The notes below the pieces were generated by a model, which saw nothing but the letters and a program-made list of their open reading frames with translations, was not told the DNA's origin and made no database searches. 64,000 nt of DNA from Felis catus (Eukaryota), in assembly GCF_018350175.1 (NCBI RefSeq), contig NC_058368.1, positions 115,012,001 to 115,076,000 of the forward strand, read 5' to 3'. Made by a program: the position numbers and the translations under genes. Of this stretch, positions 49,634 to 62,108 are shown piece after piece (position 1 is the first letter of the stretch; the number at the start of each line of letters is the position of its first letter).

Positions 49634-49990
49634 TCATCTCAGCTCCTTCAGCAAGCTGTTGATAGATCCCAGCAGTTCCCGAAAGTATCCCTCATCCTCA
49701 CCATCTTGGAGCTCCAGGGTGGCCAGAGCCTGGTACTCAGCCTGAAGGCTGACCAGTGTCCTGCTGAGCTGGGGGTCCTGATGGTAGCGGTCCCGGCAGG
49801 TGGCCAGGAGGGCTCCCAGGGTCTGTAGCACCTTTTCGCGGGCATCATGCTCAGGGAGGGCCAGGAGGTGAGCAGTGATCTCACACCAGCCCTGCTCCCG
49901 CAGGCCTGGTAGGAGGTGCACCTGGCGATACTGCTGCAGCTTCTCTGGGGGCGTCTCCTGGGTCAGCTCGGCTTCCTCCTCCGCAAACAT
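49634..49990 (-). CDS. SIL1: SIL1 nucleotide exchange factor, last coding exon (exon 10 equivalent), 357 nt
   Basis: Acceptor ggatggcag|ATG. Encodes [58 protein letters not shown]...[13 protein letters not shown], ending in the SIL1 KELR ER-retention-type motif. Confidence 0.97.
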   Translation of the reverse strand: MFAEEEAELTQETPPEKLQQYRQVHLLPGLREQGWCEITAHLLALPEHDAREKVLQTLGALLATCRDRYHQDPQLSRTLVSLQAEYQALATLELQDGEDEGYFRELLGSINSLLKELR

Positions 49991-52900
49991 CTGCCATCCG
50001 TGTGGCCACACACCACGGATGGGGTTGGGGAGAGAACACACTAACATCAGTCCACCCCTCTGCCTCCATCCTCTTGTGCCTCCAAAGTCCAACATGGGAG
50101 AAGGTCAGCTGGACTCATGACTTCACACAAGCTCCCCCACCCATTTATCCCTACGTCCACCTGTCTGTGTCTATCCATGCATTCATCAAAAACAGCTGGG
50201 CAATGTGCCAGAGAAACCAAGATGGAGACCACATCCTAGCCCTCAAGGAGCTCAGTGTCTAGCAGGAGAGTAAAAATTAACTGAATATTTCCTAAACAGC
50301 AAGATGAATTTAGTTCAGCAGTGTAGTGTGGAGGCAGATAGGCTAGATTCAAATTCCTGCTCCACTACGGACAGCCAAACGGCCTTAGGCTGCCACTGCA
50401 TCATCTCTTACGTGGCGATGACATGACCCCCCTCAGGACTGTTGGGGGGACTCACTGGGGTGGTGAACACACACGCAGCCAGCATCCGGCACACAGCACA
50501 CCCAAAACATGACCTTTGCTATCAAGTAGAATCACATCATCTACACTTGAAGCAGCGTTAGCTGTAAAGTGGTGTGTACAGCACCGTCCTCACCACCACT
50601 AGATCCACTCCCTCAGAGGAGTCAGGACACAGGGCAGAGAAGATGGCATTTCCCTGAGGTGGGAGGCCAAGGAGGAGCTCTCCAAGTGGATAAGATGAAG
50701 GGTCCACATACAGGAGGGTCGCAACAACAGGACTGGGCCCACCTCCTATCTGAAAAAGGGCAGGTTGTTCTTGTCCATGGGGCATGAGGGTCAGGCTGAA
50801 GCCCAAAACACACAGAACCCTGGCTGTGCCTCCAAGGAACATGGCCTTTATGCCAAGGGCCTGGGGAGTTGAGATAAATTTGGGCAGAAAGTCACATGCT
50901 TGGCCAATGGCTGTAAAGTACAGAAACCCATCCCCACTAGCAGGAAGTGGTGGAAGCCAACCCTGCCAGGCTGCCAGAGGCAGGAAACACCTGAAACAGC
51001 TGAGTTTCCAGCTTATTTCAAATGTAAGAGGAAGGCTATGCAGAGGCAGAGGGTGCACAGTGGGGAGATGTCCCTTCCTGGCTGTACTAAGTGTCCCTGC
51101 AAGAAGAAAGAAGAAATGTCGGCCCTAGCTCCAGGTGAGAATGAGGCATACAGAGGACAGGGAAGGCAAGAGGAAAGCCCAGGAGAGACCAGGGGCCACA
51201 GTGCACCACTTAAAGGCCTTGGGGTCCATGGGGCCTGGTGGAGGGAGCAGGCAGGGGCAGGGATCATCATCTTGTAACAGAAAAGGATGAGAGGAACCTG
51301 GTAGTCCTTTCTTAACCCACCTTCAAGTGCCACAGCTCCGCCTCTAGAACATCACAGTCCTCCCAGCCCTTTGTCTCTGCTCCTGTGCCCTGTCCCTCAC
51401 TGCACTTCGTCAGTCCAGTGCCTCCCACTCCCAACCTGCCTCCCCCAGCCCTCTGATGGCAGACTGCTGCCCAGCCCCAAACCCTCCACCACTGGGCACT
51501 TCTGATGATAAAGACTAAACCCCTTCCCAAGGACTTCAAGGCCCTGCAGGGTCCACCCTGACCTGCACTTGGCCTCATCCCCATATCCACCCTCACTCAT
51601 GCACCTGTCACACTAAATGTCCCCCAGAGCCTTTAAGGTACAGCTTGGAGGTGCATTCCTACCCAACCCCAACTCCATAATAACTCATTCCTCATATCTC
51701 AGTGCCTCCCCTGACTCCCCAGAAGAGGTCAGAGCCCCTGACTTGTAAGCCTCTGCAGACCACATGCTCCAGGTAGTACTCGGATAAAAGCCTGCCCAAA
51801 AGCACCAAGAGAGAAGGGACCAGGGACCTGGGAGAGCACTGGGCAGGGCAGACAACCAGTCACCACCTGTGGTGGAAGGAACCGGTGAGTGGGTCATCCC
51901 TGTATCGCCTCAGCTCCACGGAGGCATGGAATGGATGTGGATTCACGACCACTGGCCAGCATCTCACTCTGCAGAAGCAGCAATCTGAGAGGCGGTCCAC
52001 TCTCCCTGGGAAATCTGCATTTCAGCTGCTACTTTGCCACACCACCACCCTCAAGGTGTGGGGCACCTCAAATAGCAACCTGACATGCCTCCAACTCAGG
52101 CAGCTCTGATCAAGTCCCAGTCTGATTAGTTCTCCATTCTTTCCAAAGAACCACAAGAATTACCTCAAGCATAGTGTGGCTGACGTGTGCCTTAAGGTCT
52201 CTGGCTGGCTGCAACTCCTCCACCACCCTCCTCATCCTACCCCATAGAAGGTGTCTCTGTACTGTCTGCAGAGACACCAGTCCCTCCCCAGCATTCACAG
52301 CACCCCAAAGCCTCAAGGCAAGCTCCAGGGGCCAGCTGACTCAGGCAGCTCTCTGGGGATACACCAATGTCACAGGAGTCGCCACCCAGGACTGGGACAG
52401 CGAAGAGATACCCAGTACACCAGAGCAAAGAGGTGAGTTTCTCCTGGGAAAGGCCAAGCCAACATGCAGGTCTTTCTCCAGACTTGCTTGCCCCTTCCCA
52501 AGAAGTCAACTGTGTCCAGGCCTTATTAATTGGATGTGAGCACCACATGACTGCCTGCTGTTATGGGTTTCTGCAGCCTGAAGAGGGAGGGAGAGATAGC
52601 GGGTGGGGCAGGCAAAAAGAATGAGAGACAGGTAGGCCAAGAGAAACAGCGCCAGAGAGTGAGCACACAACTGCAACTAACTGACCGAGAAGCAGCGACA
52701 GACAACTCTGACCCTCAGTCTGAGGCAGGGGCAGGGAGGCAGGCTGGGCCTCTCAGTCTCCAACACTCAGCACTGGTTCCAGTGGCTGCCCAGACCTGCT
52801 TCCTAAATCCGCAGTCGGCTGTTCTAGGGAGAGTGCAGCCCGAGAGAGGCAGCTGAGAAAGCCCGGCTAATGCTCTCTGTAGCCGCTGAATTAAGAATAC

Positions 52901-53572
52901 AGACCTGGCTGGTTTTATGCAGCTTTAATTAAGATACTTTTCAGGCTCACAAACACCAAAGTGGGTTGGACACCAAGTATCCTCCCAGGTGGCAACAACA
53001 GGGGTCCCCGGGCCCCTCGAGGGCAGCCATTCTGAGCCCTCGCCCAAAGCCAAAGCTCCCAGAGGAGGCACCTCCAGGTTTCTAAAATCAAGATTCAGCA
53101 TCATTCCAGCCTCTGGCTAATTAGTGTTCCGGCTGCTGCAAGGGCTCCCAGACACAGCTGCTCCAGCCCACCTGCTCCTCATCACTCCCACCCTAGGCTT
53201 TAGCCAAATGAAATGACCTTTCATTCCATGAAGGGCTGACCTGGCCATTTCTGGCCTTCCATCATGCTGAGCCTGCCGCCTGCATACTCTAGCCTGGCCA
53301 CTGTCAGTGCCCCTGCCCCTGCTCCTCCTCACCAGCCCTCAGCTTTCAGTTTAACAGTCACTTCCCACAGGATACCCTCCCAGAGGTCTCAGAAATTCTG
53401 GGTGCAGGGCCCTCACAGCATCCCCATCTGCCCAGCATAGTCTGGCACATTTTCTCAGGATCATTGTCATGAGGATGGAAGGCTAGATAGAAAAGATGTG
53501 GGAGGGGGCGGGGGTCAAATGGCCAGAAGCAAAGTAAAGTGAGGGGGAGGCACAACACATCCAGGCACTCAC

Positions 53573-53737
53573 CTTTTCAGTGACCAGGTCATAAAGCAGA
53601 GTGACCACACGCACAGCCAGCACCTCTGTGCCCTTCGCCTGCACTAGGCTCCTCAGGACCTGCAGCCCCCCCAGTTTCAGGAACTGCTGCTGGGCATAGG
53701 GGAAGTGTCGCAGGAGGGAGCACAGCGCAAACAGGAC
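53573..53737 (-). CDS. SIL1: SIL1 coding exon (exon 9 equivalent), 165 nt
   Basis: Acceptor cctctgcag| and donor AAG|gtgagt. Encodes [55 protein letters not shown] (ARM repeats). Confidence 0.97.
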
Positions 53738-54169
53738 CTGCAGAGGGTGAGGAGCAATGTGGAGCTGGCCCTGCCGCAAGGCCCAGCGGAGGCAGCCAGA
53801 GGTGCACCCACTACCCCACCCCTGGCCCACCCACCACCCACAGGGATAGCTACACTCCAGAACACAGGTCTGTGAGAGCCAGAAGAGAGGCCAGGACAGG
53901 AAACCTTTAACAACACCCAGTGGACAAAGGCCGAGGACAGGGAACCAGAAGGTGGCACCCGAAACTAATCATGGGAGCTGAACCTAGGCCTCCAGATGGC
54001 TCAGCAGGTTGCCACGCTGCCTTGGGTGAGTGGGACCCCTCCCCCTATGCCACCCCGTGGATGACCACTCAGATCCCAAGGGTAATGTAAAGTCTCAAAA
54101 GGGACCCGTGCCTTTCAGGCTCCACAGGTGTGTTAGGGGCTGGGCAGGAGGAACAGAACAGAAACACAC

Positions 54170-54266
54170 CTTCTTCTTTGCAGTGAGAGGCTGCTCCGTA
54201 GCCAGGATGACCAGCAGCTTCTGGAGGGCTCCCCCTTCAATGGCCTCTACTTGGACCTTTGGGTTG
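54170..54266 (-). CDS. SIL1: SIL1 coding exon (exon 8 equivalent), 97 nt
   Basis: Acceptor tttccccccag| and donor AAG|gtgtgt. Manual translation gives (S)[32 protein letters not shown]. Upstream exons lie beyond the window end. Confidence 0.96.
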
Positions 54267-57200
54267 CTGGGGGGAAAGCACAGGACAGCATGACATTGTA
54301 CCTACTCACCAACTTGGGGGAATGCCATTGTACTCCCCAGGGATCTGGGTGGTTAGGGAGATGCTAACATAAGAGCCATACCCTAGGGAAAAAAAGGCGC
54401 ACAAGGCAGTGTTCCCACTTGGGACAAGCTAGAACTCAGCTGAGGGAACAGGCCAATTGCTAAACATCCACCCGGGTATGAAGGCCTATGACCAAAATGA
54501 CAGGGCCAACGGCTTCCATGCCATTGCCCTACCGTCTAGCAGCCAACGGGCTGGGATGACCTGGGAAGAGAAATCACTTCTACCATTTTAGGATCTCCTG
54601 ATGCTAAAGGTGCTTCTCAGTGTCCCTCGCATGGAAAGCCTTCCCCCACACTCCCCAAGCCTGCATAGGTTCTTCTTCCTTCCATGATCCCAGGCAAACA
54701 TACACTGGGGAGCAATTATTAAAAACTCTGTCCTCCTCTGAGCATGAGCTCCTCCAGTCCCGGGGCTGGAGCCCATTCCTCTTTCCTGTCCTGGATGGAA
54801 CTCACAGACCACATATAGTCAACGCTTGTGGGAGAAAACAGGGAGAATGAATGAGATCCAAGGAGACTCTAACCCTAAGTAGATCCTAAAACAGGGCCAA
54901 CCCAGATGCCTCCCCACTGTGAGAGTAGCTACTGTGATTGTCCCTGTACTCTCAGCACTCAGCACAGAGCCTATGTCATGGGATCCAGGAAAACAGGGCA
55001 AGAATGACACATGTGCACAACCAGAACTATATCAACCAACACACAGCAACACTAAAACACTCAAAACCTAGAGCTGCCTCTGGAGATCTTCTCCCTGTTC
55101 TGGGCTGGAGAAAAAGTGATAGGTTCAAACATTCAGGCACAACTCTCCTAGATGAAAGGATAGGAGCCTGGCTGTTGAGACCTCCATAGGGCAGGGTGCC
55201 AGGCAGGGGATATGTCTGGGAACCTCTTGCTTTCTAAGATCAAATTAGTGATCAATTAGGGAATAAGTGCCAAGCACAGGGACCTGTGTAGTTAGGCCCT
55301 TGAGGGACCTGTGTAGTCAAGGTTCCCTCACCAACCACTTAGGAGGCCTCAGAGAAGAAAGGTGGTGGCAGGCTCCCAAAAAGCCCAAAACCACGAGGAG
55401 GGGGAGGGGCCAGGCCAGAGGTCACAGGCTGGCTCTCGCACTCACCCAGACAGCCCACAAAGGGCACCGAGTCTTTTCTTGGCTCTGGCTCCTTCACCTT
55501 AGCATGACCACCAGCTCCCTGGAGACCCCAAAAGCATCTGCTCCTCCTAACCCCCAACCTCGGCAAGGGGCCTTCATGGCATCTTGCAGAGTAAGGCAGG
55601 GTCTGAAACCCAGGCAGAAATGGGAGGCACATAACAAGAGGGTTCACACTGCTACTTGCAGGAGAGGGCCTGCCACACAGCAGGTGCTCTGTCAAAGATG
55701 GCCCAATGGCATGGTGATGGGGCCCAAGTGAGGCCTCAATGGACCACCCTCCATTCCTACCAGGCACTAGCTTCAAGTTTCAAAGAGGACTTAGCAAGCT
55801 GAGCCAGTTTTCCTGCTGTAAATGGGAGGTGCCTGAGTGCTTCTGCATCCTCTCATCTAGAAAGGACGTGCAGAGTGGGTGCTACCCTGTCCCACTGCAA
55901 CTCCACTGGTGGGTTTGAGGAGCAGCCTGGAGATGGGTCGGGGTCTCTGGGGAAAGGAAGCTGACAGCTCCTCTCCAGACAGGCAGGTGGGCACCAGTGC
56001 ACAGGGAGCCTGGGAGCTGAGTCCTTCCCCTGCCCTCTGCTCCCCCAACTTGAGAAAAGCAGCTGCTTCATCAAAGTGTGAGCTAATTAGGACTGTCTTT
56101 GCCATCATGTGCCTGAGGAACACTCACCCACAACAGGCAGGGTCTTTTCTAGGAAAAGACGACCCTGCTGAGAAATTCACACAAACACCAAATACTGCTT
56201 CCTAAGAAAGGGGGGGGCTGTGAGACCCAGCATCACATCAGCCTCAGAGGATGCATCAGAGAGAGCATACAGAGTAGCAGGGACAAGGCCCTCCAAAGAA
56301 AGCATATAGGGCTTGGTCGTGGTTTACAGATCTGCTGAGAACAAGACCCAGGGATGAGATAATCTCCTGGCCAACTCCAGAAGACAAGGGTGGGGGAGCT
56401 TAGGAGACCCACTTGAGCATGCTGAGTACAGGGACCTACCTTGGGCACCATCCAGAGTAACAGTCCTGGCACGAACATGAGGCGGTATTGGGGGAGAGGG
56501 GAACTGTGCTCACCCAGGTCTGAATGGTTAGAAGGGGAGAGAAGTACCAGGGCAAAAAGCAGAGGGCTCAAACCATGTAGGCAGATCCCTGGGATCCTCC
56601 AAATAGAACATGAGCTGACTAGGAGTAAAGAAAAGATGCCAAAAGCCATTAAGAGACAGGGCTTCCCTGGTACTCCATATCCACAGGAGCCCTGATATAA
56701 GATGCAGAGGGCCAGACCACACTTTGTCACAGGAAAGATGCAGAGGCCAGCCACTGCTAGGTGGTTGCACAGAGAAGCCCCACATGCAGGGCAGATTTGT
56801 GGGGGGGAAGCTCAGCCTGATATCGGCCACCAAACAAGCCAGGATTCACATAGGAGAGAGACCACACCACCAGACCTTATTTACAAGTTTCAGAGTGAAT
56901 GAATGACCAAAAAGCTCTGGGGGATCAGAAAAAGAACAGGAAGGTCTGGGGTGGGAGAGCCAGGAGGGCTGCACTGGAGAAGAGGCATTGCAAGAAGCTG
57001 AAGTTCAGGTGAAGCATAGCTATGGACAGGAGGAAGGGCAGGTGCTCAGGGAACAGCAGGGGTGTGTGTGGAGAGGTGACACCATTCAGTACAAAGCTGC
57101 CCTGGAAAGTCATGGAAAATGGGGCTGAGAGGTGCAGCTGACAAGCAGCACCAGTGCAGGTCAGGAGGCCACGATGCTTGTAGTGCCAAGGAGGCCTGCT

Positions 57201-58215
57201 GGCTGGGACCAAGGAGGGGCGATGCAGGACCCAGAACCTGTCCATAAAGCAGAGCCCACTCCTGCTTCTTCCTCGGGAAATGCCGCACCCAAAGTAAGAG
57301 TTGTAACAAGCTCCTTCAAGGCACACAGACACCAGAAAGGGCCCAGGAGCAGCGTCTGCCTCAGGACAGTGGCCCTGGGGACAAGAGATGAGATGGGAGA
57401 ACACTCTGAGCCCTGCAGTTTACCACTCCCAGGTCAGGTTGGCTCTGGGTATGTAGTGTGTACCTCTAACGTGACCAGCATCCCTTCTTTCCCACCCCTC
57501 AGTACAGTCACTCTTCGCTCTCCCTTCCTCTAAGACACTCCTCAGAGTGCCTCTCTCACTCCTTATGGTCGCGATGGGGCGGGTCTCAACCCCCTAGAAC
57601 CCACAGAAAGGCTTGAGGATCGAGTACAGGTCCATGGTCCATCACAGCCTGCCATCACCATGGCTTCTGTGGGCCACCCAGGACTGGATAACCAGAGCAC
57701 TCAGTCTATGCTAGAGTCAGGACAAAAAGAAGTTTCCTTCTCCATAAGATAGGTTGCTATAAACCAGGAGCATATATGGTTATGCCGATAGCAGCTGGGT
57801 CCCACCCTATCCCCATGGAGAGAAGCCCATTAGGGGAGTAGAGAACAGAGCTCACACAGAAGTAAACCAGAAGGAAAAAGAGACTGATGTCTTTGTCACT
57901 TGCTTTGTCACTTGCTGAAATCATTCTCATAAGGCAACAAACCTACGTTTTCACCTACAGCAGAATCCTGAAGAACCTGGGTGAGTAGAGCAGGACCATG
58001 GGCTAACAACGGCCTCCACAGGGCTGCGCCTTTTCTCCTGACGAACTTAAATGAAGGAGCCCACATTAACTCTGGGCCCTCCCCCAAACTTCAGTGGTGC
58101 CGTAGACACTTCAGGGGGTCCATATAATACCCTCAGATAACAGCTTTTTAGTAATGCCCAGTAGAGGGGCTAAGGAACACAGAAGAGAGAGGTGGAGAAT
58201 ATAAAGTTTGTGTTT

Positions 58216-58449
58216 GTTTCTTTTTGTTTTTATTTTTTTTTAACGTTTATTTTATTTATTTTTGAGACAGAGAGAGACAGAGCATGAACAGGGGAGGATC
58301 AGAGAGAGAGGGAGACACAGAATCTGAAACAGGCTCCAGGCTCTGAGCTGTTGGCACAGAGCCCAACGCGGGGTTCTAACTCACGGACCGCGAAATCATG
58401 ACCTGAGCCGAAGTCGGACGCTTAACCGACTGAGCCACCCAGGTGCCCC
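58216..58449 (-). mobile_element. Can-SINE (SINEC_Fc-like, young)
   Basis: Full-length with CpGs retained. TSD TAAAGTTTGTGTTT at 58202-58215 and 58450-58463. Confidence 0.96.
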
Positions 58450-59552
58450 TAAAGTTTGTGTTTCTAAAGACACTCAGTCCATCCAGGCAGGGACAGGAGA
58501 GCTGGGCGTTTCTTGAGCAATCCACTCTGGAAGAGCAGAGACCAGCATGCTCTCAGAACCTCTCTCTCCCTGGTGGCTCAGCCTTGGGCTCCAAATGTTC
58601 ATTGTTGTGTGTTTTGGGGCATGAAGTTTCCCCCAAAATAGCTGGGTGAGGTTAGGGGATGTGCAAGGGCTGGCCTGGAGAGCCCTTGGTGGGAATCCTG
58701 TGAACAATGGCTCATGACCTTGGGCAAGTCCTTTCATTTCAGTTTCCTCACCTATGAGGCAGAGCTAAAACCACCTGTGTTAAAGGTATGCTAATGAAAG
58801 CCAAGATGCTAGCCAATGCAGAATGACTGTAAGAGTAAATTACAGTGGGTTTGCTACAAAGAGCCAAGACCATTTCCTCAAGAACACAGATGCCTGAGGC
58901 ACATATATGCTGGCCTCATCTCCTTCCTAGCATATAGACTCAGGACTAGAGCTGTGGCTCATGCAGGGGGTGGGGACAAGGTGGTTCTTGCTGGCTGGAA
59001 GGTGGGTGTCCTGACAGTTGGAGATTTGAGTGAGTTAAAAGGGCAGGGGCCTGGCATGCCTCTCAGCAACATCAGTGACGCTGGTGTGCTCAAAGTCAAC
59101 AGAAGGATATTAAGGACGTAGCTCGTCTCTGATGAGATAAATGAGACTAAACCTTGTTCAGGGCTAAGCTGGCTGGACTGAATAAATACCATTAGCACTC
59201 GGATTACTGGGATGTTCACAATCAGCAGGCAAGTCAGCTGTCTGTGTGCAGAGGGATGGCAGCAGCTGCTACTTTGTAAATTTTGGGTGGGGCTGGGGGG
59301 AGATCACAGAAATGGAAATGATTGCCTTTGCAGAAACCAAGCAGTTTGGTTCAGGTGACTGATACAGGCAATCTGCCAAGGGTCAGAGATCATGTTTTAG
59401 TTAACTAAAGGTGAGCAAGTGTTGGCGGTGGGAGCAGTCAGGGGGAAGGTGGTAGAGCTGATCTCAGAGTGTATCGCCAAGCCTGGCCACAGAGCCCAGC
59501 AGAGTCCTGCGCAACTCAGGTCCAGGAGTTGCCCTTCTCCCTCTTTGGCACT

Positions 59553-59955
59553 CAGGACTCACTACATAATTTTCAGGGCTGGTACAGAATGGAAATGTGA
59601 GGCCCTTGTTTAAAACTTATTAGAAACTTAGGGCGCCTGGGTGGCTTAGTTGGTTAAGCGTCTCTTGATTTCGGCTCAGGTCATGATCTCACAGTTCATG
59701 AGTTCGAGCATGAATTCGAGACCCACATCGTACTCTGCACTGACAGTGTGGCACTGGGTTGGGATTCATTCTCTCTCTCTGCCCCTCCCCCACATGCTTA
59801 CTTTCTCTCTCAAAAATAAACAAACATTAAACATTTTTTAAAAAATTATTGCAAACTGAAGATGGCAAGGACAGAACATTAAACCAAGCACAGGCCCTTT
59901 TCACTGCAGGGTCCTATGCAGCAATACGGATCACACAGCCATGAAGCAGGTGCTG
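59553..59955 (-). mobile_element. MER45A-like hAT element split by a Can-SINE
   Basis: ctacataattt...aaatgtgaggcccttgttt [SINE] cattaaaccaagcacaggccctt...ccatgaagcagg resembles the recalled consensus. Confidence 0.7.
59631..59845 (+). mobile_element. Can-SINE inserted in a MER45-like element
   Basis: GGGCGCCTGGGTGGCTTAG head, CT region and A-rich tail. Confidence 0.92.
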
Positions 59956-60277
59956 CTGACATCAGGGGTGTGTGCACTGAAACAGAAAATACATAGAGAT
60001 CCTGCTTGGGGTGAAGTGAAAAAACAAGGGCTGAAAAGGGAGCCTGGATCATTGGAAAAGGAGAAAAACTGGAAAAGGCAGAGTTCCGGAAAGGGAAATG
60101 AGGGTTAGGTTGACAGGTTAGATGGGGCTGAGTAAACACTAAGGTGAAATCCCCAAAGCAGAGCTATGTCTTCTAGAGTGCCAGTGACCACCGGTCACTC
60201 AGGACACACTGGGCTATGTGCTCTCTCATGAGTCCTCATGAATTTCTAAGCAGGGTAAAGTTTTTTTTTCATTCTCT

Positions 60278-60493
60278 CTCTTCTTTTTAATGTTTATTTA
60301 TTTTTGAGAGAGAGAGGGGCAGAATGCAAGTCGGGGAGGGGCAGAGAGAGAAGGAGACCCAGAATCTGGAAGGAGACTCCAGGCTCTGAGCTGTCAGCAC
60401 AGAGCCCGAAGCGGGGCTCAAACCCATGAACTGGGAGATCATGACCTGAGCTGAAGTCAGTCGCCCAACCGACTGAGCCACCCAGGTGCCCCC
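60278..60493 (-). mobile_element. Can-SINE
   Basis: Full-length. TSD TTTTCATTCTCT at 60266-60277 and 60494-60505. Confidence 0.94.
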
Positions 60494-61147
60494 TTTTCAT
60501 TCTCTTAATAACAGAATAAAAAAAATACCATTGTTCTGAAATACTCCTTGAGAAGATCCTATGCAGTGTGGAAAGGAAGCAGATCTCAGGGGAGTATGTG
60601 GTCAGGCTTAATCATTTGTGATCCTGCCTGATGAAGTGGTATACATGCTCACCTTCTTGCCCAGAGAGAAAGATTTCTTTTCTGCTGGCCTCACCTTGTC
60701 TGTGCCCTAACGTGAGGCCTTGATCATCTGTGAAACACAAGGATTTGCAGGATGTATAATCTTGAAATAGGCAGTTCACTAGGGATCTATACTAGCCTGC
60801 CATCTAGGGATCAATGGAGTTAAACAATTAGTCAATCAAGATATGGATAATAACCAACTTGAATAAAAATAGAATAGGTTCACCAAAAAAATAAATGCCA
60901 CATGAGAGTGAAGCCCTCAAGAGAATCAAAACATCCAGCCAGTAACATGAGATTAATACCACAATGGGGATGATGGAAACTACCCTGGCCCCCTGGACCC
61001 TGGGGAAAGGTAGGATTATCACTGGACCTATTCATAGACACTCAACAACCAGAAGGGAGTCATGTAAGCAAATGAAGGACACACACAATTCACCACAATG
61101 ATGGTGCCCACAAGAGTATCTCTAAGAGGCCCTTTTTGCATGTACAT

Positions 61148-61150
<3 letters not shown>

Positions 61151-61194
<44 letters not shown>
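61151..61194. repeat. (CA)22 microsatellite
   Basis: Perfect CA run. Confidence 0.97.
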
Positions 61195-61196
<2 letters not shown>

Positions 61197-61904
61197 GATC
61201 AACTGCCCACCTCTGGAAAGAGAAACAGGGTCTGAGAGAGTAGACCCAAAGAATTTTAACAGACATCTGCTAGCTCTCATACATAACTCTGCATCACAAT
61301 CACCGGAGACACTGTTTTGGTGGCTTGTTATTTTTTGGGTTTTTTTTTTTTTACTCTTCAATCATTTCAGACTGGGCCTTTAAAAATCACAGAAAATTAC
61401 AGAGAAAACTAACCTACAGGAAAGTTGCAAAATAGCAAAAGAACTCCCAGTGAGATTCACCAGTGGTTAACATTTTATCACATCCGCTTTTTAATTTTCT
61501 TTATGTATTTATACATATTACTTTCCCTTCTGAAACATTTGAGAGTCAGCTGCAAATATGATGACTCTTTACCCCTAAATATATCAAGTGCACCTAAGAA
61601 CCATAGTACAATTATCAAAATCAGGAAATTATTGTCAATATATGATCTATAGATACTCAGATTTTACCCACTGTCCCCAGAATATCCTGATTAGAAGAGT
61701 AATTTTGGTTCAGGATCCAATTGATGACTTGGCATGATGAGTTTTAGCAGCATGTCTTAAGTCTCCTCTACTCTTGACATGCTCTCCTTAGCATGTCTTT
61801 GTCTTTCATGACACTAATAGTTTTGAACAGCACAGGTTGGTTTGTAGACTATTCCTTAGTCAGAATGTATCTGATGTTTTCCCATGGTTAGACTGAGGTT
61901 ATGT

Positions 61905-62108
61905 GGGGCACCTGGGTGGCTCTGTCGGTTAGGTGTCCAACTCTTGGTTTTGGCTCAGATCATTATCTCACGGTTCATGAGATCGAGCCCCACATTTGGA
62001 CTCAGTGCTGATGGTACAGAACCTGCTTGGGATTCTCTCTCTCCGCCTCTCCCCTGTCTGTGGGTATGCAAATGTTCTCTCAAAAAAAAATAAACTTTAA
62101 AAAAAAAA
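61905..62108 (+). mobile_element. Can-SINE (older); its A tail abuts the L1 fragment
   Basis: GGGGCACCTGGGTGGCTC head. Left TSD AGACTGAGGTTATGT (61890-61904) recurs as AGACTGAGTTTATGC (63024-63038). Confidence 0.92.

Noticed and set aside
55278..55317. Short direct repeats (15 bp here, 18 bp at 15684/15712, 12 bp at 57891) as CRISPR-like or functional arrays
   Set aside because: Only two copies each in mammalian DNA, consistent with ordinary local duplications.
59315..59375. Imperfect hairpin with ATGATT...CTGA as a C/D snoRNA or pre-miRNA
   Set aside because: The C box does not match RTGATGA, the stems are short and interrupted, and I recognise no guide sequence.
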